From a virus: a DNA stretch of 64,000 bases. The translations under genes were made by a program, and so were the position numbers. Shown here piece after piece: positions 42,901-51,909 of the stretch. Under the pieces are notes generated by a model, which saw nothing but the letters and a program-made list of their open reading frames with translations, was not told where the DNA came from and searched no databases. The stretch spans positions 1 to 64,000 of the IMG/VR virus record IMGVR_UViG_3300031111_000011; one strand, written 5' to 3'. Position 1 is the stretch's first letter; each line of letters begins with the position of its first letter.

Positions 42901-43694
42901 TCAGCAGCAGCCTCAGTGTACGCCTGGATTCCTTCTTCAAGACCCTCTCCAGCAGCACCTTGCATAAGCTTGCCGATGTAGAGCTTGAGCTTGTCACCCA
43001 TTTTCAGGGATTTTCCGAAGGCTCCTGCGACACGCTTCAGTGAGTTGATTTGGAGAAGGTTCCCGGCCATTTCAGCAGGGGTTCCAAGGGCAGCGTGAAT
43101 CAGAGCAGCATTGAACCGCACGTCCTCATCCTCGATCCCCTTGTCAATGAGATCCTTGTCCTTTTCCCCCATCATCTGCATGAAGGTAGTGGCTGTTCCG
43201 ACTGGAGCACTGAGTGCAGACGCAACCATAGAGGCACCATAGCGGCTCAGGCCAACACCAGCTTCTTCGATGGTTCCGAGAATGGTCCCTTTTTTGGAAG
43301 GGTCCATTTCATCCACTTTGTCTGGAAGGGCTTCTTCTACAGAGCCAATGTCCTCAACAGCTTGTTTACGCTTTGCTGTGTGTGGGTCATCCTGCGCAGC
43401 TTCAGCGGATCGCTTACGCATCTGAGCAAGATATCCACCGGAATTTAGTTCGACAGGCTTACCATCAAGGGTCCGATCCTGGAGCACCTTTGTGCCGTGG
43501 ATTGCATCTGAAAGGCCAACCCCAAGGGATTGGCCCATTCGTTTCAGGGCACCTGAGTGTTCTTCTTCGGGTTCGGATGTATTGAGTTGCTCGATCTCAG
43601 ACTCATCCACGTCCTCGATCACAAAGGTTTGTGTTTTTGGTTTTTCAGCTTCAAACTCGTCTTGATCGATATCCTCAATAATGAACTTTGCCAC
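36987..43694 (-). CDS. giant internal virion/ejection protein (2235 aa), T7 gp16-like position
   Basis: Acidic N-terminus, glycine-zipper-like hydrophobic patch, long coiled coils; follows two gp14/gp15-like proteins. Confidence 0.7.
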   Translation of the reverse strand: MAKFIIEDIDQDEFEAEKPKTQTFVIEDVDESEIEQLNTSEPEEEHSGALKRMGQSLGVGLSDAIHGTKVLQDRTLDGKPVELNSGGYLAQMRKRSAEAAQDDPHTAKRKQAVEDIGSVEEALPDKVDEMDPSKKGTILGTIEEAGVGLSRYGASMVASALSAPVGTATTFMQMMGEKDKDLIDKGIEDEDVRFNAALIHAALGTPAEMAGNLLQINSLKRVAGAFGKSLKMGDKLKLYIGKLMQGAAGEGLEEGIQAYTEAAADVYAANPDAPVGELIDDFKEVVGSEEFKASRNESMKIGAVGGMLLPGAGVAVKAPFDVIAHVKAKKQTEADAEGETNADAETNKTTAPSVPEDLDTAFAKDDDQGGIKVEEDAGAFSVGGSTEEKVEAKTKEQLQAEAEVARQQTARDRQRQIEATMAAEARMQEEQLQRANREAQMDAAAAERDKFQQFVDFVSTPKGLMGAVHNMLPALEGSEVKEHKAAAKSLRAAHRALVVGEESIPKLKGVMYDLSALKASTGDPRMGVLTDGLAQRLEEQVDRLEVQARQEQARKEASKQPGNPSTTRGKAEREARANEKARAEIAEKAATTKRASEQKRSVQKSQMAGEVRSGIEAEQQSQQAKVVDQKAKSDAAFFQKEGAKLEAKPALHPSQVAAVEKRKAAEESRKVDAQRKADAEALAEKANMELGLGDKTKEILTPKSKQVENVPSNVTSEPAPTVSKTVGKVYKNKEAAKRAIRKFEDPLTHQPVEQADGTWEVEEKPLREWGRKKYEGSGKVKVKHDLKEGVTYEEDSSGNVAPEGTNDRKTPLKYDEEGNPRYSKAAKMARSKLKKESSKQIFDKLHTLQKLVGSRGAKIELVESHDQLPEKHRLSKEDTNNGVRVEAVWDEEADKIYFVADSLSDTKRATQVWLHEQVGHRGLLKLFDTRSTKDEAGKLFKEFLDSAYVAIRKSKKAYAEVKDLYADDLKNIAGRKDLTPEQKEIEKRRLIVEEVIARRAEKLNPMKRKQVFQKFLEFMNAWLKKVMGFSDDKVSLTMKDIDNLLEVAKNRLIHKDMREWSEFKHTDKEYKDWCKQVLVENPRAVTWYSNHQETVKRVFGKDAPLFNILLGLTSPNAKATTNTQFAVDTYLYLMGKRDKPGGKYPSNVKKALDRILSGDLTFSKNYKVDEFIRALTGDTEATTNDMWMHRAFFGHVLLSASNVRAAIKSRNEVTEYRERKDAGLLKDGEEAPHNFEIATLDSNFLADEHTASRRKLFQLAHELSEETDHEWSPREVQAAIWMKVVAEAQGKTLEDFKYDFEYGLTEHRSTKVKGNPWKHDGLTPLEYLKREAGGDPIGQLHKKFNLPEKLYSDQSELDKLYRKHLEDRGIKGKYSKARDLDEATKNLALSEGKTKMDTIKGAAAKILDGVSHPVDTATAFKEWTILTGVDRFRKLKTLEEKLGVGAEMSAYMSRRLHQSMPAIMGTILHHGKPMYNKATHWVITRPDASKGLLSVFEGMDAQTMKAVKARLVADTVDELKRVKGSEFADGIFGKGIDTDAEIAKLRAAADNQLKAGEYDKVKAHLKEYNESVKEFCRKAGIWNPEWEKAWRKDVYIPLNRVFDLEEEGVFGSQAPTALDKFVGTVKALKEGEKEGMIGDPIENLVMNYTYLIDQSLKNISRKKLYNSLKANGMVSEKKGTSAFMTRVLGNPKDLAKRNDLISIRVDGKARYYKVEDNDVFQALTELNHKGLNNTVFQIMGGLKRGLTFGVTANPWFHVRNMTRDTMATGVMKDGFIPVVDTAKGMWATLRNHPDVVEMMSQGGGFSGGYYRADNPLGAQKAIKKAMKGEGKLGKLMELSESATRVALYQNTKAQGKSSFEAAFEAKDILDFGLSGESGFVAVFTRTVPFLNARIQGLYKLAREARKDKRALGMIRKQILYKGAMLSALTLALHAWNTAHDDDEDRKVKYRDLPYHQKWGYYHVYAFGERFQIPMPFEVGAIFSGLPTAMAEAWQEGEYGSVGKFAWKTLRETFAVGFPPLMEEVLAQTDGEGGEDGYTGAPIVSRSKQSLDPDMQWTHRTSKTARGIGKLTGFISPQRLDHFINSQFATVGRLALTLTDHIVMPHLMSFPTDPALVKEDYYLLNGGMMRHDTPGYTKHYERFYDLAAEVDTAFRSWSAKDDLEADNYYDNNQDKIELRPLMNASMKQVRAINKEIDAIQLDEDMTAQEKREEIDLLILERHDIIKETMKESRSGR

Positions 43695-43705
43695 TGTAGT
43701 CCTCG

Positions 43706-44800
43706 TTACTGTTCATTTGCGGTTTTATATACCTGCCACTGGCCGCGCACCTTCTTGTAAAATTGATCACCAATTTTCTTCATCGCCCCGTCCGGAGAAT
43801 CCGGAAAAGCTTTGGCGAGTGCACCTTCAGGGGTGTCTGCGTCAACCTCAGCAGGTTTCGGTTTCCCTTTACCACCCACTCCGTAGCCGCCACCTCCCTT
43901 GAGATCCTCCCTGGTGAAGCCAGTGAGTTCCAGGGCATCATCGATGATTTGCTCTCTACGGTTTCCGCGAACATCTTTAGCTCCGGAAACGAGACTCTTC
44001 AGGATTGCCATCCGATCACTCCTGTCTTTCTTAGAGAGTGTCCGGATGATGGCTTCCTTACGTTTGCTTCCGTCAGGAAGATTGAGAGCCTCTTCGAGGA
44101 GAGCGGCGTCTTTCGCAGCAGCACCCTTGTTCGGGTCAGTCTTACGAGCCTTAGCGTTGATACCTGCAACACCAAGAGAGGTTTTCGAACTGAGCTTCGC
44201 ACGGTCCATCGCGGCAGTGTTGTTCGCATCAGCAATATTTTCACGGGAGGTACGATCTGCGGCTCTCTCTGTGGAATCATGTTTCAGCTTGTCGTCCTGG
44301 AGTTTCTTGGCGTTCTTGTGCTTCATGTTCAGCACTTCCTGCTGGAAAAACAGCTTGCCGTCAGACACATAGTTATCCATCTGTTTCTGCATCTGTTCCA
44401 CTGTTTGGAACTGCATCACTGGTTTTGCCTCTGGATCGTAGACTGCATTTCCGTTCTCGTCGTATTTCCCTTTATAGAAGCTTATGATCCCATTTTCACC
44501 GACTTCACCAGGGACAACGGTCTGACCATCTTCGAGGTGAGTGTTGTAAACCTTTGCAGCAGCGTTGGCACTGCGATCACCAAGCATCCAATCCTTACGA
44601 GCAGCGAGACTTTTCTGAGCAGCACGTTGAGCAGCGATTTTCATCTCATGCTCATCCTTCTTCATCTGATGCGTTTCCTCTTGCATCTCCAGAAGTTTGT
44701 CGTCTTTCTTCTTCTTCTGTGCGTCTTTGTAGCCTTGGATTCCGATCTTAAGACCGCTATCAAAACCTTCAGCCATTGAATCCCAAATTCCTGGCATCAT
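43706..44800 (-). CDS. internal virion protein (364 aa, charged/coiled-coil; gp15-like position)
   Basis: KE-rich coiled coils, Gly-rich C-terminus. Confidence 0.6.
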   Translation of the reverse strand: MMPGIWDSMAEGFDSGLKIGIQGYKDAQKKKKDDKLLEMQEETHQMKKDEHEMKIAAQRAAQKSLAARKDWMLGDRSANAAAKVYNTHLEDGQTVVPGEVGENGIISFYKGKYDENGNAVYDPEAKPVMQFQTVEQMQKQMDNYVSDGKLFFQQEVLNMKHKNAKKLQDDKLKHDSTERAADRTSRENIADANNTAAMDRAKLSSKTSLGVAGINAKARKTDPNKGAAAKDAALLEEALNLPDGSKRKEAIIRTLSKKDRSDRMAILKSLVSGAKDVRGNRREQIIDDALELTGFTREDLKGGGGYGVGGKGKPKPAEVDADTPEGALAKAFPDSPDGAMKKIGDQFYKKVRGQWQVYKTANEQ

Positions 44801-44807
44801 TTACTCC

Positions 44808-45668
44808 TTATCCCCCAAAGAGGCTTGCGCCATAAGCTGAACCAGCGCCACCGGCCAGGGCACCGAGCCCTGTTCCTGCGACCTTTCCAAGGAGACTTCC
44901 AATGCCTCCTCCACCAGATGTGCTCTGTGTGGAACTCATGACACGAGATGCCAGAGTGCCGTAAGACCCGGCTGCTCCCTGCATACCGGCCATGGCACGA
45001 TTGGCTGGATCTGCGGTGGCGAGTTGCTGAGTTCCGTTACCTTGGGTGGATTGGATTCCAGGCAGTCCTTGGGCTGACCGGTTGGCGTTCATAGCAAGTC
45101 CCAGACGGCTGAAGCTTTCAGTTTCAGCGGCCTTACCTGCTGCATACCGAGCACCACCGATGGCTTTGGCTCTTTCCAGACCAGAGGTCTTGAGCATAGA
45201 TGCCATCTTGCTACCATCGACGTTGATGCCCATTCTGGCCGCATCCCGACGTGCTTGCGCTTCAGAGGCACCCAGTGCCTGGGCTACATCCGCTTGAGCC
45301 TCGTTCTGCCAATCAGCTTTATTCACACCCCTGAGTGCCTCATCATAGAACTTAGACGAGATCTCCTTCCCACGGGAAAGTTCTGCCGCTTGGTTTTCAC
45401 GCATCAGGTCTTTGATTGGCTGATTCAGTTCCAGGTCACGGACCTGTTCCTGCATCGTCAGTTTCGACGCTTCAGTAATGTACGGTAGGAGTTCTTTGTT
45501 TGCTTCAGCAGCCTGGATTTCGTAATCCTGGAAATACTGCTTATACATTTCCCATTGATCTTCGGCCATGTCTTGCTGACGTTCAGCGACAGCGGCCATC
45601 TTCCGGGAAGAAACAGCATCGTAGGTATTCGTTGTGGTTTGGCTACTACCTTTTCCACCACCACCCAT
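44808..45668 (-). CDS. internal virion protein (286 aa; gp14-like position)
   Basis: Gly-rich termini (MGGGGKGSS..., ...GAGSAYGASLFGG). Confidence 0.6.
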   Translation of the reverse strand: MGGGGKGSSQTTTNTYDAVSSRKMAAVAERQQDMAEDQWEMYKQYFQDYEIQAAEANKELLPYITEASKLTMQEQVRDLELNQPIKDLMRENQAAELSRGKEISSKFYDEALRGVNKADWQNEAQADVAQALGASEAQARRDAARMGINVDGSKMASMLKTSGLERAKAIGGARYAAGKAAETESFSRLGLAMNANRSAQGLPGIQSTQGNGTQQLATADPANRAMAGMQGAAGSYGTLASRVMSSTQSTSGGGGIGSLLGKVAGTGLGALAGGAGSAYGASLFGG

Positions 45669-45672
45669 TGAT

Positions 45673-46203
45673 CTACTCCTTATAGAAATCCCTGGTGACG
45701 TAACTTACGACCCCAGGAACAGATGTTGTTTGGTCATCGATCCAACAGGCATTCGGAACCTCTCCAACCTTCTTCATCCCAGTCAGGAAGATCCACTTGG
45801 CTGCTTTGATCGTGGTAGGTGTAAGGCCGGTGATCACATCGAACAGGAAGTATCCATCCCTATCCTTTAGGTGGATCAGTTCCTTGACAACCCACTTACC
45901 TACTTCCACACTCTTCTCTCCCCACACCTCTTTGAATAGACAGAAGTGAATCTGTGCGCTTCGTTCTCGCATATTGTTCAGCCAAACAATTCCTACTGGA
46001 ATACCGGCATCGGTAATGACCCAGAGTGCGTTGTCCGGATTCTTGAACATGGCGAGGAAGGTTGGGAAGGTAATCTTGCTCTCATAGAAAACGGTGTCCA
46101 GTGTTCCGTCTTCTTCCATCTTCTGAAAGATGCGGAGAAGCTGACTGTCTTTCAGTGTGGGGATTCCATCGTTTACGATGTACGGATAAAGAGAGAGTTC
46201 CAA
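45673..46203 (-). CDS. hypothetical structural-module protein (176 aa)
   Basis: ORF with tight upstream/downstream coupling. Confidence 0.55.
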   Translation of the reverse strand: MELSLYPYIVNDGIPTLKDSQLLRIFQKMEEDGTLDTVFYESKITFPTFLAMFKNPDNALWVITDAGIPVGIVWLNNMRERSAQIHFCLFKEVWGEKSVEVGKWVVKELIHLKDRDGYFLFDVITGLTPTTIKAAKWIFLTGMKKVGEVPNACWIDDQTTSVPGVVSYVTRDFYKE

Positions 46204-46204
46204 T

Positions 46205-46447
46205 TTACTCCTTCGGAAAGCGTTCCTTCACAGCTTGACACTGCGAGATATATGTTTCAATCTGAATGGCATCGTTCTTTACGATGCCGTCCAGGTAGTC
46301 AGCCATTGGTGGGTAAGCGAGTTGTCGGAGAAGAACATAATTTTCGACTTTCCACGCTGCCACATTGTTGACGTAGTTTGAAAGATAACTGTCAAGGAGA
46401 GTTGTAGTACTCTCCTTTGCATATTTAGCAATCAGTTGTCCGTCCAT
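46205..46447 (-). CDS. hypothetical protein (80 aa)
   Basis: 1-nt intergenic spacing to neighbours. Confidence 0.5.
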   Translation of the reverse strand: MDGQLIAKYAKESTTTLLDSYLSNYVNNVAAWKVENYVLLRQLAYPPMADYLDGIVKNDAIQIETYISQCQAVKERFPKE

Positions 46448-46448
46448 A

Positions 46449-48368
46449 TTATTTCCCCATTATAATCCAGGCCACTTGCCCGTCTGTAGAAAGAGACGGG
46501 GAAGTACCAAGTACAACAGTTCCAGAAACACTCGGCAAAATAACTCGGTAATAATATGTCGGGGATGCAGGAGGAGATAGAAAGGAAGTTGTCGTTCCGT
46601 TACTCCAAGTAGAGCACCACGAACTGATTGTGATGTAAACCCTCATATGGGTAATAGCCGACGCTTGAGTTCCTGTATCAAAAGAAACCAAAAGCTGGTC
46701 CGGACCAAAAACCCCCGGCCCGTTAGTACCAGTGTTTGTGCCACTACCACAAGTGGTCCACGATGACCCATTGTTCAGAGAGTACTGAACATATGCCGAG
46801 TACGTGCAGTTGCGGGTTCTGTAGTAAAGCCATGTCGGGTGTGACCCATCAGGAGCCTCATATCGCCCGTAGACCATAAATACGAGATTCGTACCATAAA
46901 ATCTTCGGACATCAGAAATATGCACTGGATCATCGGCAGCAGCGCCGGAACTACTTGGCCCGTAGTACGTGCCAGATTGGGCAGAAGACCCCTCAACGAA
47001 TCTGTCTGTATCAGCGCTGTTCGGATAAACAGTTGATCCAAGTTCGAGAGTTGCTACTACGTCGAACTCCCACTTAGCGGGTGAACCGGCGCTGTAGCCA
47101 CTTTGTCTCTGAACATTCATCGGCTGGAGATTGAAAGTCTGGTCGTACCCGCTATACGTTTGATCGTAGACTGGCACGATCTTCGGCATGAGCATAATCT
47201 TCGGTTGCTCAATGAACAGGGTATCAGGTTGAACCGTATCCCCGTTGTCTGCTTCCCCATATTCAATACCAGTGACCATACCTTGCGTAGCATGGAGCCC
47301 AGTAGTGGTATCATAGTACTTCTGAGAAATTTGGCCCTCATCGATCAGGACATAGTTCTGACCCGAAATTCCTCCATTTGGGGCAACAATAATCCGTCCC
47401 TCAGTATCCCCATTATCGCTCGTTTCGATAATGACATTGCTGTCACCGAAGGTGGCTTTCCCTCCTTCAGAGAGGTTGATCTCGGCAGAGGCATTGAACT
47501 CATCACCAGTGAATGTTCCAGCCTTGACGTGTCGAGCCAGGATCGTGTCATCGACAATGAGATTCCCGTCAATGGCTACTGTAGGAGTCCCGTCAACATC
47601 ACCGGTCATGAGGATTCCAGCACGTTCCCAATACGCTGTGTCTGTGCCGGGAAGTTTAGGGTCAGCAGATCCATTGGCCTGGATACACCGGTACCGGCGA
47701 ACAGAGGTTCCGGTGGTCACCTTCACCAGATCCGACACGGAGTACTCATTCCCGCTGTTGTACTCACTTGGATCTGTCCCCTTCAGGATGTCCACAACAC
47801 CATCGATGGTTTCACCAATGGATTCGTCCCCCGGAATCACATACCCACCTTGAGAGGGTCTTGGGGTCCAGGGGCTGTACACACCGGAGTAAGCAATGGC
47901 CCGAATCCAGTAGTAGTGGTCGTTCGTGTAGTCACCAAAGGAGTGTTCGTAGGTGTTGGCTGGACCTGTGACAATCGCCACACGGGTGGCTGAAGTCACA
48001 CTGTCGGTAGTGTTCACCCATACTTCGATATGGCTAAAGTGGACGTCTGTTGGGTTAGTCCACGAGAGGTGGTTCTTCCACACACCCTTAGTTATGGAGA
48101 GATTGGTAGGAGAATTGATCGGAGAGGAGTCAGCAATGAGTGTGTCGTCCTGATCCTTAGTGAGTCCGAGTGAGGTGTAAGCTGAGGCTGCTTCGAGGTT
48201 ATCGTAGGTGACGAAGCGGTCCCCGCTTTCCCCACGGGTGCCTTCACGAGTCTCCACCACCTCCTTGAGTGCAAGGAGAAAGTTCTGGAGTTCGGGTGAG
48301 GCATCCGCAGGGACATCAGGAATTGGAGGGAGGTTAGACATGTGATAGCTCCACTGGAGACGCCGCAA
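46449..48368 (-). CDS. tail fibre/receptor-binding protein with fibronectin-III-like domain (639 aa)
   Basis: FN3-like VWKNHLSWTNPTDVHFSHIEVWVN; Gly/Ser/Thr-rich beta-rich C-terminus. Confidence 0.65.
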   Translation of the reverse strand: MRRLQWSYHMSNLPPIPDVPADASPELQNFLLALKEVVETREGTRGESGDRFVTYDNLEAASAYTSLGLTKDQDDTLIADSSPINSPTNLSITKGVWKNHLSWTNPTDVHFSHIEVWVNTTDSVTSATRVAIVTGPANTYEHSFGDYTNDHYYWIRAIAYSGVYSPWTPRPSQGGYVIPGDESIGETIDGVVDILKGTDPSEYNSGNEYSVSDLVKVTTGTSVRRYRCIQANGSADPKLPGTDTAYWERAGILMTGDVDGTPTVAIDGNLIVDDTILARHVKAGTFTGDEFNASAEINLSEGGKATFGDSNVIIETSDNGDTEGRIIVAPNGGISGQNYVLIDEGQISQKYYDTTTGLHATQGMVTGIEYGEADNGDTVQPDTLFIEQPKIMLMPKIVPVYDQTYSGYDQTFNLQPMNVQRQSGYSAGSPAKWEFDVVATLELGSTVYPNSADTDRFVEGSSAQSGTYYGPSSSGAAADDPVHISDVRRFYGTNLVFMVYGRYEAPDGSHPTWLYYRTRNCTYSAYVQYSLNNGSSWTTCGSGTNTGTNGPGVFGPDQLLVSFDTGTQASAITHMRVYITISSWCSTWSNGTTTSFLSPPASPTYYYRVILPSVSGTVVLGTSPSLSTDGQVAWIIMGK

Positions 48369-50025
48369 TGAGAAGACGATCTACCTGGGGCTTTCCTTCG
48401 AGTTGGAATTCCCAGTCATTGGGTCGGGAACCAGCGGGTAGCCGAAACATTTTCTCATCGCTAATTGTAGCTGTGTGAACAAGAGATCCGTTCAGGTAGA
48501 CCTTCAGGGTCAGATTCCCGTTTGTGAAATCCCCGTGGACACGACCACAACTGTAAAGGTTGCGGTCTTCAAAGACCTTTGATTTCCAAGTGAAGTCCTT
48601 GTACCCAGTGCCACCTTCCCACTTACGGATCGAGTAGGTGGTCCCACTCTTATCCACCACATAGAGGTCGTTCTGGTCTGGGTGGATGAATCCGCAGTAG
48701 ATAGGATCACCTCCTGTGACGTCGATCAGGGAGGGTGTGTCTGCCATGTCAATGACGATCCCGGTGTTGGTCCCTTGGAAAAACCCGTAGTAGGAGTCGT
48801 CGTAGAAGAACCCAATCAGTGTCTCAGGACTGAGGGCTCTCCACTGTTTTGCAGTGAAAATCGCTTCAGTAGCGTTAACAGCTTGACCAGCGCTTGTGAC
48901 TTGGTACAGACCTTCAGGGGATGGATAGAAGACTCCATACGGTGATGAAACGAGCCCTCGTTTGCTGAGGCACTTCTGTTTCACCTCGATCCGCTTCTTC
49001 GTCATGGTGCTTGGGTCAGAACCCTGGATGATATACGGGTAAGCATCCGTAGCGACCACCAGAGTTGAGCCATGTACGCCCAGAGCGACGATCTCGTAGT
49101 CAACCGTATGTCGGTATGCTTCAGGCCATGCGTATGGAATATGGGGCTCTGAGACGCAGACTTCTTGCCCAGAAAATCCCGCCAGGATTCCGTTCTGAAA
49201 CTGGATCAAACCGGCCATGTCGCTCGGTGGCACAACCCAAGACTCTGTTGGACACACTTCTCCGAGATCCGAGGTCAGGGCTGTGGGAGAGGAATCATCG
49301 TCGGCATCATAGACGTAGATTTCGTCAGATGTGACAAGAGTAGCCGGGATATCCCAAACGGGAGTTCCGGAGAGGTTTACAGGACGTGCCTTTACCAGTT
49401 GGTAGGCAGCAGTCCCAGAAGTGCCAGTAAGAAGGCGATACAGGCGAAAATGAGTGATATCGTTTCCATTGGACACCAGAGTTGGTTTCACAAAACCCTT
49501 GAGCCGGATGTGTTGATCTTCCTCCAGAGTACTCACACCAGTTACGGGACTTGGGGCAGACTCCTCACCCCAGGCTGTCACATAAGTATAGATGTAGGAG
49601 TAGGTCACACCCAGTTCCCCGCTACCGGTGCCTTGAGGCTCTACGGTGAGAGCAGCGTCCGGAGGGACAACTCCGAGTCGGCGGGTTTCAGTTGGGTAGG
49701 TGGAAGCTGCCCCGGACGTTGCCAGGGTCAGGTTGGTCTGTTTCGGGTACCCGTCCCCTGTGAAATACGACCGATAATCAGAGTCTTGGACCTGGGCTTT
49801 TACCACATCCACATCTGAGTCCCAGGCAAGCCATGCGGTGTTCAGTTTGTGAACGGTTCGGATGTCTCCCGCCTGGGCAACCGTTTGGATCAGACTCAGA
49901 TCTTTGATTGGCTTGAGATTCCCCGACTGGAGGTCACAGTTAGTGGCGACCTGGGCGAGGTTGCTTTCGAGCAGTTTGGCTGAGATCCGTGGGATTCGTT
50001 TCCCAAAGACGGTAACATCGATCAT
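48334..50025 (-). CDS. tail protein (563 aa; tail tubular protein B-like position)
   Basis: Large beta-rich protein between gp11-like and fibre genes. Confidence 0.55.
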   Translation of the reverse strand: MIDVTVFGKRIPRISAKLLESNLAQVATNCDLQSGNLKPIKDLSLIQTVAQAGDIRTVHKLNTAWLAWDSDVDVVKAQVQDSDYRSYFTGDGYPKQTNLTLATSGAASTYPTETRRLGVVPPDAALTVEPQGTGSGELGVTYSYIYTYVTAWGEESAPSPVTGVSTLEEDQHIRLKGFVKPTLVSNGNDITHFRLYRLLTGTSGTAAYQLVKARPVNLSGTPVWDIPATLVTSDEIYVYDADDDSSPTALTSDLGEVCPTESWVVPPSDMAGLIQFQNGILAGFSGQEVCVSEPHIPYAWPEAYRHTVDYEIVALGVHGSTLVVATDAYPYIIQGSDPSTMTKKRIEVKQKCLSKRGLVSSPYGVFYPSPEGLYQVTSAGQAVNATEAIFTAKQWRALSPETLIGFFYDDSYYGFFQGTNTGIVIDMADTPSLIDVTGGDPIYCGFIHPDQNDLYVVDKSGTTYSIRKWEGGTGYKDFTWKSKVFEDRNLYSCGRVHGDFTNGNLTLKVYLNGSLVHTATISDEKMFRLPAGSRPNDWEFQLEGKPQVDRLLIAASPVELSHV

Positions 50026-50673
50026 TTATCCGAAGCTCCGAGGGTAGACCATCGAAGACTGGTTGGTGGCGTTTTTGCCCACCTTGTTTCGGGCAGACAC
50101 CACACCCCTACGAAACTCTCGCTGATTCTCAGGAACCAGTTCGAAATTCGTCCAGGTCTTTCCTGGCATCTTGAACAGCCTCTCTCTGGCTCCAGCCAGG
50201 ATTGGGTCGAGCCAATCATCAAAAAGGATGTCCTCGAATGTGGTTGCCGAGCCAAGAGGGGCTACCGCGACGTCAAGATAGATGTCACAAGCAGCAGTGA
50301 TGGGGTACACCAGGGCAGTCTGATAGTCTGGAAAGTAATAGAATTTCTTGGTGGATTCACTGGCAACGTGATCAGCGTGATTAACAACCTCTCGCTTTTC
50401 AAGTTCCCAGGCGACACTGTTGACGAGGAACCCGCTGATCCCAACCGGCTTCCGGGTGGATGCAACGAGTTCCCCAAGGTCAATTTCGATGCTGTTGTTC
50501 AGAGAGGTGTCGATGTCCGATTGGACAACAGATTGGACCATCCCTTTGCTGAGAATCCAAGTCTTGGTACAGAACTTCGTAATGGAATCCCTGATCGCAT
50601 TCTCCACCATGGGAGTTGGGCAACCGAGAACATCGGGAAGAACCCGTTTTACAAATTCACTGATGGAAATCAC
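50026..50673 (-). CDS. tail protein (215 aa; tail tubular protein A-like position)
   Basis: Size and order as T7 gp11 relative to MCP and gp12. Confidence 0.5.
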   Translation of the reverse strand: MISISEFVKRVLPDVLGCPTPMVENAIRDSITKFCTKTWILSKGMVQSVVQSDIDTSLNNSIEIDLGELVASTRKPVGISGFLVNSVAWELEKREVVNHADHVASESTKKFYYFPDYQTALVYPITAACDIYLDVAVAPLGSATTFEDILFDDWLDPILAGARERLFKMPGKTWTNFELVPENQREFRRGVVSARNKVGKNATNQSSMVYPRSFG

Positions 50674-50681
50674 GATGACCT

Positions 50682-51401
50682 CTACTTAAGGGATGGGGAA
50701 GGGTTGACTCTGAGATTGGGATCTACTTCTTGTTCTTTAAGATCCTGTCTCCCAAGTGTGTCGAGGAAGGTGTTGTAGTAAGCTGCTGCACGACCAGCAC
50801 TGTCCGCAGCATCTCCGTCTTTCGAGTAGGCTCGATAGAGGATGTAATCGATCAGAGCAGATTCATAATGATCAGGCAGATCAATATAAGTGCTTGCTCC
50901 ATAAGATGCACAGGCAGTTGGCAGAGCAGAGTATACAATCTCGACATAACCTTGTCCGGAAGTGGGTTGTGGTGGGTAAACAGAAAAGATCTGCGGAAGT
51001 TTCTCATTATACATGTAATGAGAGACAACCGCTGATGCGTCAGCCGATGCCCAATCCGGGTCCATGGCATCCAGTAGATCTTGATCGATGATACGGATTG
51101 ACTTACCAGGAGTGGTGCCACCGACACCCAGATTCCTTGTCAGGGCAAGCAGATAAAGACCCGCACGAAGGGTAGCACCACTATGATCCTGGTAAGTAGA
51201 GGAGCCATCAGGAAGGGACTGACTTGTTCCAGCCGCAAGCTGGACATCAGTCTTAACAACGTTGGCATCGGGCTTGAGGATGACAATCACCCCCTGGCCG
51301 ATGTTCAGCCATCCGAGAAGCTCATCCGTAGACCATCGAACATTGCTCGTGTCCTGGAGAAGGATCGACACCTTGTCAATGATGGTCTTGGTGGAAATCA
51401 A
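50682..51401 (-). CDS. virion structural protein (239 aa)
   Basis: In head-tail module downstream of MCP. Confidence 0.5.
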   Translation of the reverse strand: MISTKTIIDKVSILLQDTSNVRWSTDELLGWLNIGQGVIVILKPDANVVKTDVQLAAGTSQSLPDGSSTYQDHSGATLRAGLYLLALTRNLGVGGTTPGKSIRIIDQDLLDAMDPDWASADASAVVSHYMYNEKLPQIFSVYPPQPTSGQGYVEIVYSALPTACASYGASTYIDLPDHYESALIDYILYRAYSKDGDAADSAGRAAAYYNTFLDTLGRQDLKEQEVDPNLRVNPSPSLK

Positions 51402-51848
51402 TTACAGGGTTCCTTTATCAATCACCTGATAGGAGAGTTGCGGGACTCTGATACTCTGCCACTTGATCTTGCCGTCAGAAGTTGTGGTCATAACACTCTT
51501 GTAAGAAACAGCATCTTTGACCACACTCATGAACTCAGCCGGGATACGGCAGACAACCTCACGAGGCAGATAGAGACTCCGACCATTTAGGCCGAGGAAA
51601 ACATACTTGGGCTGTCCCTCTTGGTTGTTGAAGATGATATCCACGTACTCCCGCACAGGTTTTGGTTTCTCATCGAGTTCAACAGCTTCACCAAGGTTAC
51701 CCGCTTTCGCATCCGCTTCGATCAGCATGGGGATAACAGTTTTTCGGTCCAGGTTGTCCGGATCGACCGGCACATCCCGCTCTGCACAAGCAGCGAGAAG
51801 GTCTTCCTTCTTCATTCTCCAATAATCGGATTTGGTTGGTTCGGTCAT
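51402..51848 (-). CDS. structural-module protein with Rho-N/SAP-like N-terminal motif (148 aa)
   Basis: KKEDLLAACAERDVPVD resembles a Rho N-terminal/SAP helix-hairpin. Confidence 0.5.
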   Translation of the reverse strand: MTEPTKSDYWRMKKEDLLAACAERDVPVDPDNLDRKTVIPMLIEADAKAGNLGEAVELDEKPKPVREYVDIIFNNQEGQPKYVFLGLNGRSLYLPREVVCRIPAEFMSVVKDAVSYKSVMTTTSDGKIKWQSIRVPQLSYQVIDKGTL

Positions 51849-51870
51849 TTGCTCCTCTTGTCAGTTAAAT

Positions 51871-51900
51871 ATTACAAAAGGGGAGGCCGAAGCCTCCCCC
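51871..51900 (-). terminator. strong intrinsic terminator after the major capsid gene (ggggaggcttcggcctcccc + U-tract on - strand)
   Basis: 8-bp GC stem + tetraloop, then ttttgtaat on the minus strand; analogous to T7 T-phi after gene 10. Confidence 0.7.
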
Positions 51901-51909
51901 CAGGTTGTG

